Shown: in pieces, positions 18,040 to 28,140 of the stretch
How positions within the stretch are numbered: position 1 is the stretch's first letter
How the letters are laid out: each line of letters begins with the position of its first letter
Source: Thalassobaculaceae bacterium
Lineage (GTDB): Bacteria; Pseudomonadota; Alphaproteobacteria; Thalassobaculales; Thalassobaculaceae
Length of the DNA: 64,000 nt
Assembly (NCBI GenBank): GCA_965228875.1
Contig: OZ245843.1
Span: forward strand, 1,656,616-1,720,615
Direction of reading: 5' to 3'
The notes under the pieces: generated by a model
Told to the model about the DNA's origin: nothing
The model's database searches: none
What the model saw: only the letters and a program-made list of their open reading frames with translations
Program-made: the position numbers and the translations under genes

Positions 18040-19494
18040 CTACTGCAGCGGCACCTCGTTGAAGCTGCGCAGCTTGCGGGAGTGCAGCTTCTCCGGCGGC
18101 AGCGACCGCAGGATCTCCATCGCCCGGAACCCGATGTCCAGATGCTGCGCCACCTGGCGGCGGTAGAAATCGTCGGCCATCCCCGGCAGCTTCAGCTCTC
18201 CGTGCAGCGGCTTGTCGGATACGCAGAGCAGCGTGCCGTAGGGCACCCGCATGCGGAACCCGTTGGCCGCGACGGTCGCACTCTCCATGTCGAGCGCGAT
18301 GGCGCGGGACAGCTTCAGCGCCCGGTCGGGCTCGCGCTGGTCGCGCAGTTCCCAGTTCCGGTTGTCGGTCGACGCGACGGTGCCGGTGCGCATGATGCGC
18401 TTGATCTCCAGCGGGCCCAACCCGGTCACGTCGGCGACCGCCTGCTCCAGGGCGACCTGCACCTCGGCAAGCGCCGGGATCGGCACCCAGACCGGCAGGT
18501 CGGCATCGAGCACGTGGTCGTCGCGGTGATAGGCGTGGGCCAGGACGTAGTCGCCGAGGCGCTGGGTGTTCCGCAGGCCGGCGCAGTGCCCGAGCATCAG
18601 CCAGGCGTTGGGGCGCAGGACGGCGATGTGGTCCGTGATGGTCTTGGCGTTGGACGGGCCGACGCCGATGTTCACCATCGTGATGCCCTGATGGCCGTCG
18701 CGCACCAGGTGATAGGCCGGCATCTGCGGCGACCGGGGCGCCGGCGCCCCCATGGCCGTCCCGTCGCCGCGCAGGATCCGGTCCCCCGGTTCGACGAAGG
18801 CGGTGTAGCCGTTGCCCGGCGTGCGGACCAGGTCCTCGGCCCGCTGGATGAAGCCGTCGATATAGACCTGGTAGTTGGTGAACAGGACATAGTTCTGGAA
18901 GTGCTCCGGCGAGGTGCCGCAGTAGTGCCGCAGGCGGTGCAGCGAGTAGTCGATCCGGGGTGCCGTGAAAAGCGACAGCGGCAGTGCCCCGTTCGAGGCG
19001 TCGCCGGGCTCTCCATTGACGATGCAGTCGTCCATGACCTTCAGGGACGGCATGTCGAAGTAGCGCTTCAGGCTGGTCATGGCCGCGGCGTCGAATCCGT
19101 CGCCGACCTTCATCCCGTCCGGGAAGGCGAAGGGCAGCGGGATCGGCAGGGTCGACAGCCCGATCTCCAGCGGCCGGCGGTGGTTCTCCAGGATCGCGGC
19201 GAACTGCTTGGCCAGGTGGGCGGTGAACAGGTCGATCCGGGTGAAGGTCGCCTCGTAGGGTCCGGGCTCGTCGGCGAAACCGAAGGCGCCGGAGGAGAGC
19301 GGGCCGACATCGTCGTCGGTCACGGTCAGGCGGGCCATCGGATAGGTCGCCCGCACCCGCCCCTCCAGCGTGCCCGCCTCGAACCGGCGGAACGCCGCCT
19401 GCAGACGCTCGATCTCGCCACGATACAGCCGCTCAAGCTCGGCGACGATCGCCTCGGCATCGTCCAACCGCGTGATTTCGCCGGTACCCGTCAT
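18040..19494 (-). CDS. amn: AMP nucleosidase
   Basis: RIDYSLHRLRHYCGT...HFQ, PQMPAYHL, NIGVGPSNAKTITDH, DMESAT and LCVSDKPLHGE. RBS GGAGG. Confidence 0.95.
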   Translation of the reverse strand: MTGTGEITRLDDAEAIVAELERLYRGEIERLQAAFRRFEAGTLEGRVRATYPMARLTVTDDDVGPLSSGAFGFADEPGPYEATFTRIDLFTAHLAKQFAAILENHRRPLEIGLSTLPIPLPFAFPDGMKVGDGFDAAAMTSLKRYFDMPSLKVMDDCIVNGEPGDASNGALPLSLFTAPRIDYSLHRLRHYCGTSPEHFQNYVLFTNYQVYIDGFIQRAEDLVRTPGNGYTAFVEPGDRILRGDGTAMGAPAPRSPQMPAYHLVRDGHQGITMVNIGVGPSNAKTITDHIAVLRPNAWLMLGHCAGLRNTQRLGDYVLAHAYHRDDHVLDADLPVWVPIPALAEVQVALEQAVADVTGLGPLEIKRIMRTGTVASTDNRNWELRDQREPDRALKLSRAIALDMESATVAANGFRMRVPYGTLLCVSDKPLHGELKLPGMADDFYRRQVAQHLDIGFRAMEILRSLPPEKLHSRKLRSFNEVPLQ

Positions 19495-19580
19495 CCACGC
19501 CTCCGTCGCTTGCCCGTCGCCATGGCCTCGCCGCGCGGGTAGCATTGATAGCGTGAATCCGCAGGCAACGGGAGGATGCG

Positions 19581-20075
19581 ATGGGTGAGCTGTCCAGGCT
19601 CGGCGAGACGGCGGGCCGGCTTCTGAAGGCCCGGGGCGAGACGGTGGCCGTCGCCGAATCCTCCGGCGGCGGGCTGATTTCGGCCTGCCTGCTGGCGGTG
19701 CCCGGCGCGTCGGCCTATTTCATCGGCGGCGGCGTGATCTACACCCACGCCGCGCGCGAGACGCTGATGCGGATCGACTTCGACCGGCACCCGGGCATGC
19801 GCTCCTCTTCCGAGCCCTACGCCGCCCTGCTCGCCGAGACGGTCCGCGAGCGGCTCGGCAGCACCTGGGGCCTGGCGGAGACGGGGGCCGCAGGGCCGAG
19901 CGGCAACCGCTACGGCGACGCCGCCGGCCATACCTGTATCGCGCTGTCCGGCCCCGTGACCCGGGTGTTCACCCTGGAGACCGGCGACGGCGACCGCGAG
20001 GCCAACATGTGGCGGTTCACCGAGGCCGCGCTCGGCGCCCTGGTCGAGGCTCTCGACGCACCGATGACGGCGTGA
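19581..20075 (+). CDS. CinA C-terminal / PncC-like protein
   Basis: VAVAESSGGGLI, VPGASAYF.GG and ETGAAGP. Confidence 0.85.
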   Translation: MGELSRLGETAGRLLKARGETVAVAESSGGGLISACLLAVPGASAYFIGGGVIYTHAARETLMRIDFDRHPGMRSSSEPYAALLAETVRERLGSTWGLAETGAAGPSGNRYGDAAGHTCIALSGPVTRVFTLETGDGDREANMWRFTEAALGALVEALDAPMTA

Positions 20076-20085
20076 GACGCAGCCC

Positions 20086-21036
20086 ATGACCGCCCTGATC
20101 CGTGCCTACGACATCACGCCGGACGGGTCCGCCCGGTCCATCGACCGCGAGCGTCTGACATCCCCCGTTCCCGACGGCGCGTGGCGGTGGGTGCACCTGC
20201 TGCGCACCGAGCCGGATGTCGAGCAGACCCTGGGTGAGATCGGGCTGCCGACTCCCGTCGTCGATGCGCTGCTGGTCGAGGAGACGCGCCCCCGCGCCTG
20301 GATGCAGTCGGGCCACACGCTCACCATCCTGCGCGGCATCAACCTCAACGAGGACATCGGCGACCACCCGCTGATCGCCCTGCGACTCTGCGTCGCCGAC
20401 CGCATGGTGGTGACCTGCCGCAAGTTCCGGTTCCGGGCGCTCGAGGATCTGGTCAACCGCTGCGAAACCGGCGACGCGCCGCCCTCCGCCGCCGCCTTCG
20501 TGACCGATCTCGCCGACGGCCTGTCCCTGCGTTTCGCCGCCCGCATCATCGACCTGGAGGCGCGGCTCGAGACGATCGAGGACGGGGCGGAGGGCGACCG
20601 CGAGGACTCGCTGACGGCCCTGCGCCGAGACCTGCTGCCGCTCGCGCGGTTCATGGCGCCCCAGCGCGAGGCCCTGAACCGACTCGCCAGCCTGTCCCAG
20701 GGCTGGGCGACGGAGGCCGATCGCGCCGCCATCGCCGACTCCGAGAACGAGTTCCAGCGCCTGATCGAGCACCTGCGGGAGGTCGAGAGCCAGGCCGCCC
20801 TGCTGAGGGACGACCTGGCCGCCGACACAGCGGCCACCCAGGCGCGCAACACCTACATGATCACGATCATCGCCGCCCTGTTCGTGCCGCTGAGCTTCGT
20901 CACCGGCCTGCTCGGCATGAACGTCGCCGGCATTCCCGGCGCCGACACGCCGTATGCGTTCGCCCTTGTGGTCGGCCTCATGGCAGGCGGATTTCTCGGC
21001 GGTCTCGGCATCCTGAAGTGGCGCGGCTGGCTCTGA
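20086..21036 (+). CDS. zntB: CorA-family zinc transporter ZntB-like
   Basis: ETRPR, LRGINLN, PLSFVTGLLGMNVAGIPG and two C-terminal TM helices. Confidence 0.85.
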   Translation: MTALIRAYDITPDGSARSIDRERLTSPVPDGAWRWVHLLRTEPDVEQTLGEIGLPTPVVDALLVEETRPRAWMQSGHTLTILRGINLNEDIGDHPLIALRLCVADRMVVTCRKFRFRALEDLVNRCETGDAPPSAAAFVTDLADGLSLRFAARIIDLEARLETIEDGAEGDREDSLTALRRDLLPLARFMAPQREALNRLASLSQGWATEADRAAIADSENEFQRLIEHLREVESQAALLRDDLAADTAATQARNTYMITIIAALFVPLSFVTGLLGMNVAGIPGADTPYAFALVVGLMAGGFLGGLGILKWRGWL

Positions 21037-21064
21037 GCGTCGAGCCGGCCGCGCCCCGCGCCGG

Positions 21065-22030
21065 TTACAGGTCGATCTTGTTCTCCAGGTTCTCGCCGCC
21101 GGTGAACCGCACGACGTTCTCGAACATCTCGCGAAACTTGCGGCGCATGATGTCCTGGGTGCCCGGAGCGTTGTGCGGCGTCAGCACCACGTTGCGGAAG
21201 CCGGCGAACGGCGACGGACCTTCGACCGGCTCGATCTCGAACACGTCGAGGCCGGCGCCGCCAAGATGGCCGGAGGTCAGGGCGTCGATCAGCGCCGGCT
21301 CGGCCACCACCGGACCGCGCGCGCAGTTGACCAGCATCGCCCCCGGCTTCATCGCGGCAAACTGGTCGGCCGCGATCATGTGCCGGCTCAGGTCTGTAAG
21401 CGGCACATGCAGGGTGATGAAATCGCAGGTGCGGATCAGATCGTCGAAGCCGACCCGCTCGACCCGCAGCGCATGCTCGACCGCCGGATCGATCTCGGCG
21501 ATGTCGTGGTAGACCACCTCGCAGTCGAACGGGATCAGGCGCTTCGCCACCTGCTTGCCGATCCGGCCGAGGCCGATGATCCCGACCCTGGCGCCGCCCA
21601 GGCCACGCGCCTCCGCCCGGAAGGTGTTGGAATGCCACCGCCCGGCGCGCAACTCGCTGTCCTGGTAGGCGAGCCGCCGGCCGACGGCCAGCATCATCAT
21701 GATGGTGTGCTCGGCGACGCCCTCCGGGGTGCCGCCCGGCGTGATCGCCAGTGGGATCTGGCGATCGCGGAGCGCCATCGTCGCCACGGTGTCGTGGTAG
21801 CCGACGCCCTGGTGCAGGACCAGGCGCAGCTTATGGGCGGCGGCGATGTCGGCCTCGGTCAGTTTACGGGCGCCGACCATGATCACCTCGGCCTCGGCGA
21901 GCTTCGCCAGCCGCTCCGCCTCGTCGTCGCCATCGAGATAGTCGACGATGACGCCGTCCGGCTTCTCGCCCTCGATGAGCGTTCTGAGCTTGTCGTCGGC
22001 CGGTACGAAATAGAGGATGCGGGTGGACAT
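21065..22030 (-). CDS. D-isomer-specific 2-hydroxyacid dehydrogenase
   Basis: GVGY, VAEH, GLGRIG, LHVPL, NCARG, LDVFEIEP and LTPH. Confidence 0.92.
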   Translation of the reverse strand: MSTRILYFVPADDKLRTLIEGEKPDGVIVDYLDGDDEAERLAKLAEAEVIMVGARKLTEADIAAAHKLRLVLHQGVGYHDTVATMALRDRQIPLAITPGGTPEGVAEHTIMMMLAVGRRLAYQDSELRAGRWHSNTFRAEARGLGGARVGIIGLGRIGKQVAKRLIPFDCEVVYHDIAEIDPAVEHALRVERVGFDDLIRTCDFITLHVPLTDLSRHMIAADQFAAMKPGAMLVNCARGPVVAEPALIDALTSGHLGGAGLDVFEIEPVEGPSPFAGFRNVVLTPHNAPGTQDIMRRKFREMFENVVRFTGGENLENKIDL

Positions 22031-22086
22031 AAGCGTCTCCGAACAAAGGGGGGACGCGATGCTATCGGGAGAATGGGAGGAATGTC

Positions 22087-22941
22087 ATGACCCTGTCTGC
22101 GCGCCGCTTGAACCCGGTGATCGGGATCGAGGTCAGCGGCCTTCAGGTCACGCGCGATCTCGGCGACAATCTGTTCGGCGAGCTCTACCAGGCTTGGCTC
22201 GAGAGTGGCGGTCTGCTCGTGCTCCGCGGCCAGGAACTGGAGCCCGAGGACCAGATCGCCTTCTCGCGCCGGTTCGGCGAACTGGACCCGCTCAAGGGCC
22301 AGACGGTTGAGCCCTACCTCCTGCCCGGCCACCCGGAGATCTATCGGGTCTCCAACAAGGTGAAGGACGGGGAGAAGCTCGGCCGTCAGCGCGCCGGCAC
22401 CTACTGGCATTCAGACAACAGCCACAAGGAGCGCGCGGCCAAGGCCTCCCTGCTCTACGGCATCGAGGTACCGGAATATGGCGGCGACACGATGTTCGCC
22501 GGCATGGCGCGGGCGTGGGACGAGTTGTCGCCGACCTATCAGCGGATGCTGGGCGGATTGCGCTGCGTTCATGATTTCGAGAAGGCGAAGTCCGGCAGTT
22601 TCCGGAACGAGCAGGTCACCGACAGTCACCTGCGCACAACGCCGCCGGTCAGCCACCCGCTGGTCCGCACCCATCCGGAGACCGGTCGGAAGTGCCTGTT
22701 CCTCAACGCCGGGGTCGTCACCCATATCGAGGGCATGAGCGTCGAGGAGAGCCAGTCGATCCTCGACTACCTCTACCGCCACTGCACCCGGCCGGAATTC
22801 GTCTACCGCCACCAGTGGCGCCCGAAAGACCTGCTGGTGTGGGACAATCGCGCGGCGATGCACTACGCGGTGGCGGACTACGACGGTGTCGGCGACCGCT
22901 ACATGCATCGTACGACGGTCTTCGGCGACCGGCCGGTCTAA
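22087..22941 (+). CDS. TauD/TfdA-family Fe(II)/2OG dioxygenase
   Basis: WHSD, GGDTMFA, HPLVRTHPETGRK, WDNR..MH and R.MHRT. Confidence 0.93.
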   Translation: MTLSARRLNPVIGIEVSGLQVTRDLGDNLFGELYQAWLESGGLLVLRGQELEPEDQIAFSRRFGELDPLKGQTVEPYLLPGHPEIYRVSNKVKDGEKLGRQRAGTYWHSDNSHKERAAKASLLYGIEVPEYGGDTMFAGMARAWDELSPTYQRMLGGLRCVHDFEKAKSGSFRNEQVTDSHLRTTPPVSHPLVRTHPETGRKCLFLNAGVVTHIEGMSVEESQSILDYLYRHCTRPEFVYRHQWRPKDLLVWDNRAAMHYAVADYDGVGDRYMHRTTVFGDRPV

Positions 22942-22984
22942 GGCTAAGGCGCCCTCATCCGCTCCGGCCCGTCATGGGGCCGGG

Positions 22985-23221
22985 TCAGGGTTCGGTCGGA
23001 TGCGGTCGAGGTATAGCCGCGGCCAGTTCCTCGATGCGTTCGCACGTCACCGTGATGTCGCCGATCTTGAATGAGCCGTACGCCTTCTCCAGCGCTCCGC
23101 CCGCTATGAGGTAGCCCAGCCGCTCGCACGCCGGCTGGGTTTCCACGGTGGCCACGTTCGTCCGATAGGCGCAGACGTCACCGTCGAGCGAACAGGCCAC
23201 GATCATCGCTAGGTGCCACAT
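22985..23221 (-). CDS. Small hypothetical protein with 4 Cys and a hydrophobic N-terminus
   Basis: 78-aa ORF MWHLAMIVACSLDGDVC...C...C from ATG 23221, filling the gap between tauD and the response regulator. Confidence 0.55.
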   Translation of the reverse strand: MWHLAMIVACSLDGDVCAYRTNVATVETQPACERLGYLIAGGALEKAYGSFKIGDITVTCERIEELAAAIPRPHPTEP

Positions 23222-23235
23222 GCTTGAAATCCTGC

Positions 23236-23275
23236 GCGCACTCCGTGCGCCCGTCAAGCGCACCAAGTGCGCCAA
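23236..23275 (-). promoter_or_regulatory. Tandem palindromes GCGCAC-N3-GTGCGC overlapping a possible sigma54 -24/-12 element
   Basis: Copies at 23236-23250 and 23258-23272, 22 bp apart. The minus strand reads TTGGCGCACTTGGTGC (GG-N10-GC). Confidence 0.45.
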
Positions 23276-23350
23276 ATGTCGTTTTTGTGACGGACCGGTT
23301 CCTGACGGGAAGCGTGCGTGTGGCCTCCGCACCCGGCCGGGGACCGTTCT

Positions 23351-23746
23351 TCAGAACCGGAACAGCGACTGGATCTTCTTCTTCACCGCATCGGGCGAGA
23401 ACGGCTTGGCGATATAGGCATCGACGCCCAGCGCCTTGGCCTGAAGCACGGCCTCGGTCTGCTTGCGCCCGGTCAGCATGATGAACTTCAGCGGACTGTG
23501 GTGCATGCGCACGTAGCGGAGAAGATCCAGTCCCGACACGGTCGGCATGTTCCAGTCCGAAATCACGAGTTGGAACGTCCCCGGCTCGGCATCCAGCGCC
23601 TTCACCGCCTCGGCCCCGTCACGGCAGTAGACCACGTCGGTGATGCCGGTGATCCGCAGCGCGCCGCGCACCAGCTTGCCCGCCATCTCCTCGTCCTCGG
23701 CGACGAGGACCCGCAGGCCAGAGAAGTCCGTTCCGAGTTCAGCCAT
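23351..23746 (-). CDS. Single-domain response regulator (CheY-like)
   Basis: VLVAEDE, VISDWNMP, MLTG and YIAKPF. Confidence 0.92.
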   Translation of the reverse strand: MAELGTDFSGLRVLVAEDEEMAGKLVRGALRITGITDVVYCRDGAEAVKALDAEPGTFQLVISDWNMPTVSGLDLLRYVRMHHSPLKFIMLTGRKQTEAVLQAKALGVDAYIAKPFSPDAVKKKIQSLFRF

Positions 23747-23770
23747 AATGCTCCGCCTGTCCGGCCAGCC

Positions 23771-26023
23771 CTAGTCCACGGTGGTGCGTTGCAGGTGATC
23801 GGCCAACAGCGCGCGGCCCTGACCGATCGCGTCCCGCAGCGCGTCACTTGCCGCGCCCGCACCGTCGATATCGCCCGCCTCGGCATCCTGTTCAATGCTT
23901 TCCGCGAGGCGCCAGACCCGCCGGAGGCCGACCGCGCCGGCACCGCTCTTCAGTTTGTGTGCCGCCTCGGACCAGGCCACGGCGTCGCCCGACCGCCGCG
24001 CCCCGTCGATCTCGCCGAGGGCCTCTTCCGCGGCGGCCGCGAAGTCGTCCGCCATCTCCTGCGCGAACTCCGGGCCGAGCTGTGCGCTCAGACGATTGAT
24101 CAGTGCCGGCTCGAACGGATCCGTTCCGCTGTCGAGCAATGCCGACGCATCCGGCTCGTCCTCCTCGTCGTCGGACGCGAACGCCGCCGCTTCGCAAGCA
24201 GCCAGCCCGACCGCATCGGCAAGCGCCCGCGCCAGAACGCGCGGCTCGATCGGCTTGGCGACGGCGGCGTTCATTCCGGCTTCCAGACAGGCGCGGATCT
24301 CATGGTCCATCGCCCCGGCGGTCGCGGCGATGATCGGCACCGACGACGCCGGTCCATCCAGCGCCCGGATCGCCCGGGTCGCCTCGATCCCGCCCATCTC
24401 CGGCATGTGCAGATCCATCAGCACCGCATCGAACGCCTCGCGCTGAACCGCCTCCAGCGCGGCCCTCCCGGTCTCGACGATGGTGACGCCGTGCCCGTCC
24501 CGACCGAGCAGCCCGCGCGCCACCTGTTGGTTCACGACGTTGTCTTCCGCCACAAGAATACGAAGCGGCGGCAGCGACACCGTCGTCTCGCCGGCCTCTC
24601 CGTCGACCGGAGCGCCGAGCGGCAACGCCAGTTCCACCCGGAACGTCGACCCTTCGCCCACCGCGCTCGTCACGGTCAGCGCGCCGCCCATGCGGTCGAC
24701 GATTCGCTTGGCGATCGACAGGCCGAGCCCGGTGCCGCCGAAGCGTCGGGCGACGGACGCGTCGGCCTGCGAGAAGTCGCGGAACAGTCTGCTTCGAGTC
24801 TCCGCATCCATGCCGATGCCGGTGTCGATGACGGAGATCGCCGTCTCCCCCGCTTCCCCGGACGGCTCGGCGACAACGCGGACCGACCCGCGCTCGGTGA
24901 ATTTGACGGCGTTGCCGACGAGGTTCAGCAGCACCTGCCGCAGCCGTCCGGGGTCGCCCCTGAGGTACCGCGGCACGCCGTCCGCGACCTCGACCGACAG
25001 GGTGAGGCCACGTTCGGACGCCCGGCCCTGCATCAGCGCGACGGCGCCCGCGACGACCCGGTGCAGATCGAAATCGACCTCCTCCAGGTCGAGCCGACCG
25101 GCCTCCAGCTTGGAGTGGTCGAGAATGTCGTTGAGGATGGTCATCAGGCTCTCGCCCGACTCGAGCACGGTCCGCGCCGTATCCCGCGCCGCCGGATCGA
25201 GGTCACTGTCCAGCAGCAGGCGGGTCATGCCGATCACGCCGTTCATCGGCGTGCGGATCTCGTGGCTCATGATCGCCAGGAACTCGGATTTGGCGCGGGT
25301 CGCGTCTTCGGCCCGGTCCTTGGCCTCGCGCACTTCCGTCATGGCGGTCTTGAACACGGCGAGGGCGGAAGCCATAGCGCCGATCTCGTCGCGTCGCCCG
25401 AGGTCCGGGACGCCGACCTCGCCGTCGCCGGCCGCCAACCGGGTCATCGCCTCCTCCATACGGCCCAGCGGACGCACGATGGTACGGGCGAGCAGGAAAG
25501 CGACCGCCAGGGCGACGACCAGGACGACGGCGATCACCGCCACCGTCCAGGTCTTGGCCTGCTCTATCAACCGCTCGGCCTCGAGCCAGAAGCGGAAACC
25601 GCCGGAAGCCGCCACCTCAACCAGAATCTCCAGGTTGAGGGCGATCTCGTCGGCGAGTTCCGGCCGCCGCTCGCCCAACGCCATCGCGGCACGCCAGTCG
25701 GCCAGGCCGCCGCGCAGCATCGCCAGCACCTCCGGCACCGCCTCGTCGCTGGACCGCTCCTCGACGACGACGAGGTCCGACAGCAGGTCCTCCCAGCGGG
25801 CGTCGACATCGGTCTCGCCGCCGGCCCGGCGCAGGATCGCGAAGTTCACCTGGGCGGCGCGGGCATGGTTGATCGCCTGCAGCGGCTCGTCATAGAGGCG
25901 CTGGGCCAGGTTTCCGAGCGACCACGTGGCGGTCAGGGCGACGGCCGCGAGTGCGGCGGCGGCGGCGACCGCCACGAGAAACGCACCGACCAGCTTCCAG
26001 CGGATGGAGATCCGGTCGAGCAT
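23771..26023 (-). CDS. Membrane hybrid sensor kinase (TM, periplasmic helices, HAMP, HisKA, HATPase, REC, Hpt)
   Basis: [53 protein letters not shown] and Hpt AHKLKSGA. Alternative GTG start at 26047. Confidence 0.93.
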   Translation of the reverse strand: MLDRISIRWKLVGAFLVAVAAAAALAAVALTATWSLGNLAQRLYDEPLQAINHARAAQVNFAILRRAGGETDVDARWEDLLSDLVVVEERSSDEAVPEVLAMLRGGLADWRAAMALGERRPELADEIALNLEILVEVAASGGFRFWLEAERLIEQAKTWTVAVIAVVLVVALAVAFLLARTIVRPLGRMEEAMTRLAAGDGEVGVPDLGRRDEIGAMASALAVFKTAMTEVREAKDRAEDATRAKSEFLAIMSHEIRTPMNGVIGMTRLLLDSDLDPAARDTARTVLESGESLMTILNDILDHSKLEAGRLDLEEVDFDLHRVVAGAVALMQGRASERGLTLSVEVADGVPRYLRGDPGRLRQVLLNLVGNAVKFTERGSVRVVAEPSGEAGETAISVIDTGIGMDAETRSRLFRDFSQADASVARRFGGTGLGLSIAKRIVDRMGGALTVTSAVGEGSTFRVELALPLGAPVDGEAGETTVSLPPLRILVAEDNVVNQQVARGLLGRDGHGVTIVETGRAALEAVQREAFDAVLMDLHMPEMGGIEATRAIRALDGPASSVPIIAATAGAMDHEIRACLEAGMNAAVAKPIEPRVLARALADAVGLAACEAAAFASDDEEDEPDASALLDSGTDPFEPALINRLSAQLGPEFAQEMADDFAAAAEEALGEIDGARRSGDAVAWSEAAHKLKSGAGAVGLRRVWRLAESIEQDAEAGDIDGAGAASDALRDAIGQGRALLADHLQRTTVD

Positions 26024-26210
26024 GCTGAACCACCTCTCGGAGAACACGGGATCACGATATCATGCACGCGGAGCGATCGCAGCGGCGGCACCGGGATCCG
26101 CCTGTGCCCTCCCCGGCCTCAGCGGTCGCGCCTCAGCGGTCCTGCCTCTGCGGTGCGGACACGGACCGGCGGGTGGAGGAGACGTGGGCCGCCCCCGCCG
26201 CGACCACGTC

Positions 26211-26555
26211 CTATTCGACCGTGACGATTAGCTTCATCTTCGGATGGATGCGGCAGAGGACCTCCACCCTACCCGGCTTGTCGAGGGTGATGTGGGTGGT
26301 CTCGCCACGGGTCTGCACGCCGATGTTGAACGCGTTGTCCGGCGTCTCGGAATAGACGTTGTGATCGTAGAAGTCGTCGTTCACGAAGGCGATGGTGTCG
26401 CCGGCGGCTATGGTGATCTCGCCTGGCCGGAAGGAGCGGTGCTTCTGCAGAACCGTATGCTCCACCGCCGCCCAGGCGACGCCGGCGCCGACCGCCATAC
26501 CGATCCCGCCGCCCAACACGACCGCGCGGAGAGCCGCAGCGAACCGATCATCCAT
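26211..26555 (-). CDS. Secreted cupredoxin (plastocyanin/amicyanin-like)
   Basis: Signal peptide and type-1 copper ligands HNVY...CRIHPKM. Confidence 0.85.
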   Translation of the reverse strand: MDDRFAAALRAVVLGGGIGMAVGAGVAWAAVEHTVLQKHRSFRPGEITIAAGDTIAFVNDDFYDHNVYSETPDNAFNIGVQTRGETTHITLDKPGRVEVLCRIHPKMKLIVTVE

Positions 26556-26661
26556 CAGATGTATCCTGAACCGTTCAACCGATGGCCGCAGTCTACCGCA
26601 GCCATCGGTGAAGAAACATGGCGCCGGCACTCCGGTCGCGCGAGCGTGATCGGCTCCGGCC

Positions 26662-28137
26662 CTACCCGTCCAGCTTCTTCCTGAGCAGTTCGTTGACCAT
26701 GCCGGGGTTGGCCTTGCCCTGGCTCTTCTTCATGGTCTGGCCGACGAAGAAACCGAACAGCTTGTCCTTGCCGCCCTTGTACTGCTCGACCTTGTCGGCG
26801 TTCTCGGCCAGGACCTCGTCGATGATGCCCTCGATGGCGCCGGTGTCGGACACCTGCTTCAGGCCCTTCTCCTCGACGATGTCGCCGGCCGCCTTGCCGG
26901 TCTCGAACATCTCGGCGAAGACCTCCTTGGCGATCCGCCCGGAGATCGTGCCGTCGCCGATCAGATCGACCAGCCCGCCCAGGTTCTCCGCCGAGACCGG
27001 GCTCTCCGACAGCTCCTTGCCCGCCTTGTTCAGCGCGCCGAACAGTTCGGTAATCATCCAGTTCGCGGCGATCTTGGCGTCACGGCCCTTGGCGCCGTCG
27101 CCCTTCACGAGCTGCTCATACCAGTCGGCGGTTGCCCGCTCCTCGACCAGGATCGCCGCATCGTACGCCGACAGGCCGTACGCCGACATGAAGCGCGCCT
27201 TCTTGGCATCGGGGAGTTCCGGCAGATCCTTCGCCAGGTCGTCGACGCGACTCTGCTCCAGCACCAGCGGCAGCAGGTCCGGGTCCGGGAAGTAGCGGTA
27301 GTCGTGCGCGTCCTCCTTGGAGCGCATGGAGCGGGTCTCGCCGCGTCCGGTGTCGAACAGGCGGGTCTCCTGGTCGATCTCGCGGCCGCTCTCCAGGATC
27401 TCGATCTGGCGGCGCGCCTCGTACTCGATCGCCTGCTGGATGAAGCGCACCGAGTTCATGTTCTTGATCTCGCAGCGCGTGCCCAGCGGATCGCCCGGCT
27501 TGCGCACGGAGACGTTGACGTCGGCGCGCATCGACCCTTCCTGCATGTTGCCGTCGCAGGTACCGACGTAGCGCAGGATCGAGCGCAGCTTCTTGACGTA
27601 GAGCCCGGCCTCCTCCGGCGAGGACAGGTCCGGCTTGGAGACGATCTCCATCAGCGCCACGCCCGACCGGTTCAGGTCGATATAGGTCTTCTGCGGATGC
27701 TGGTCGTGCAGCGACTTGCCGGCGTCCTGCTCCAGGTGCAGCCGTTCGATCCCGACCGCCTTGGTCGAGCCGTCCGGCAGGTCGAGCAGCAGTTCGCCCT
27801 CGCCGACCACCGGGTCCTTGTACTGGCTGATCTGATAGCCCTGGGGCAGATCGGCGTAGAAGTAGTTCTTGCGGTCGAACACGCTGCGCAGGTTGATCCT
27901 GGCCTGCAGCGCCAGACCGGTACGCACCGCCTGCTCCACGCACTCGCGGTTGATTACCGGCAGCATGCCCGGCATGGCGGCGTCCACCAGACTGACCTGG
28001 GTATTGGCCTCGGCGCCGAAGGCCGTGGCGGAGCCGGAGAACAGCTTGGCCTTGGAGATCACCTGGGCATGCACCTCGAGGCCGAGCACGACCTCCCACT
28101 CGCCCGTCTCACCCTGGATGCGATACGGCTCGGTCAT
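26662..28137 (-). CDS. gatB: Asp/Glu-tRNA amidotransferase subunit B
   Basis: [35 protein letters not shown] and YRYFPDPDL. Confidence 0.98.
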   Translation of the reverse strand: MTEPYRIQGETGEWEVVLGLEVHAQVISKAKLFSGSATAFGAEANTQVSLVDAAMPGMLPVINRECVEQAVRTGLALQARINLRSVFDRKNYFYADLPQGYQISQYKDPVVGEGELLLDLPDGSTKAVGIERLHLEQDAGKSLHDQHPQKTYIDLNRSGVALMEIVSKPDLSSPEEAGLYVKKLRSILRYVGTCDGNMQEGSMRADVNVSVRKPGDPLGTRCEIKNMNSVRFIQQAIEYEARRQIEILESGREIDQETRLFDTGRGETRSMRSKEDAHDYRYFPDPDLLPLVLEQSRVDDLAKDLPELPDAKKARFMSAYGLSAYDAAILVEERATADWYEQLVKGDGAKGRDAKIAANWMITELFGALNKAGKELSESPVSAENLGGLVDLIGDGTISGRIAKEVFAEMFETGKAAGDIVEEKGLKQVSDTGAIEGIIDEVLAENADKVEQYKGGKDKLFGFFVGQTMKKSQGKANPGMVNELLRKKLDG

Positions 28138-28140
28138 CGT

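Noticed and set aside
26578..26609. Hairpin between gatB and the cupredoxin gene as a riboswitch or sRNA
   Set aside because: A single stem with no recognisable aptamer. More simply a weak terminator or stabilising hairpin after gatB.
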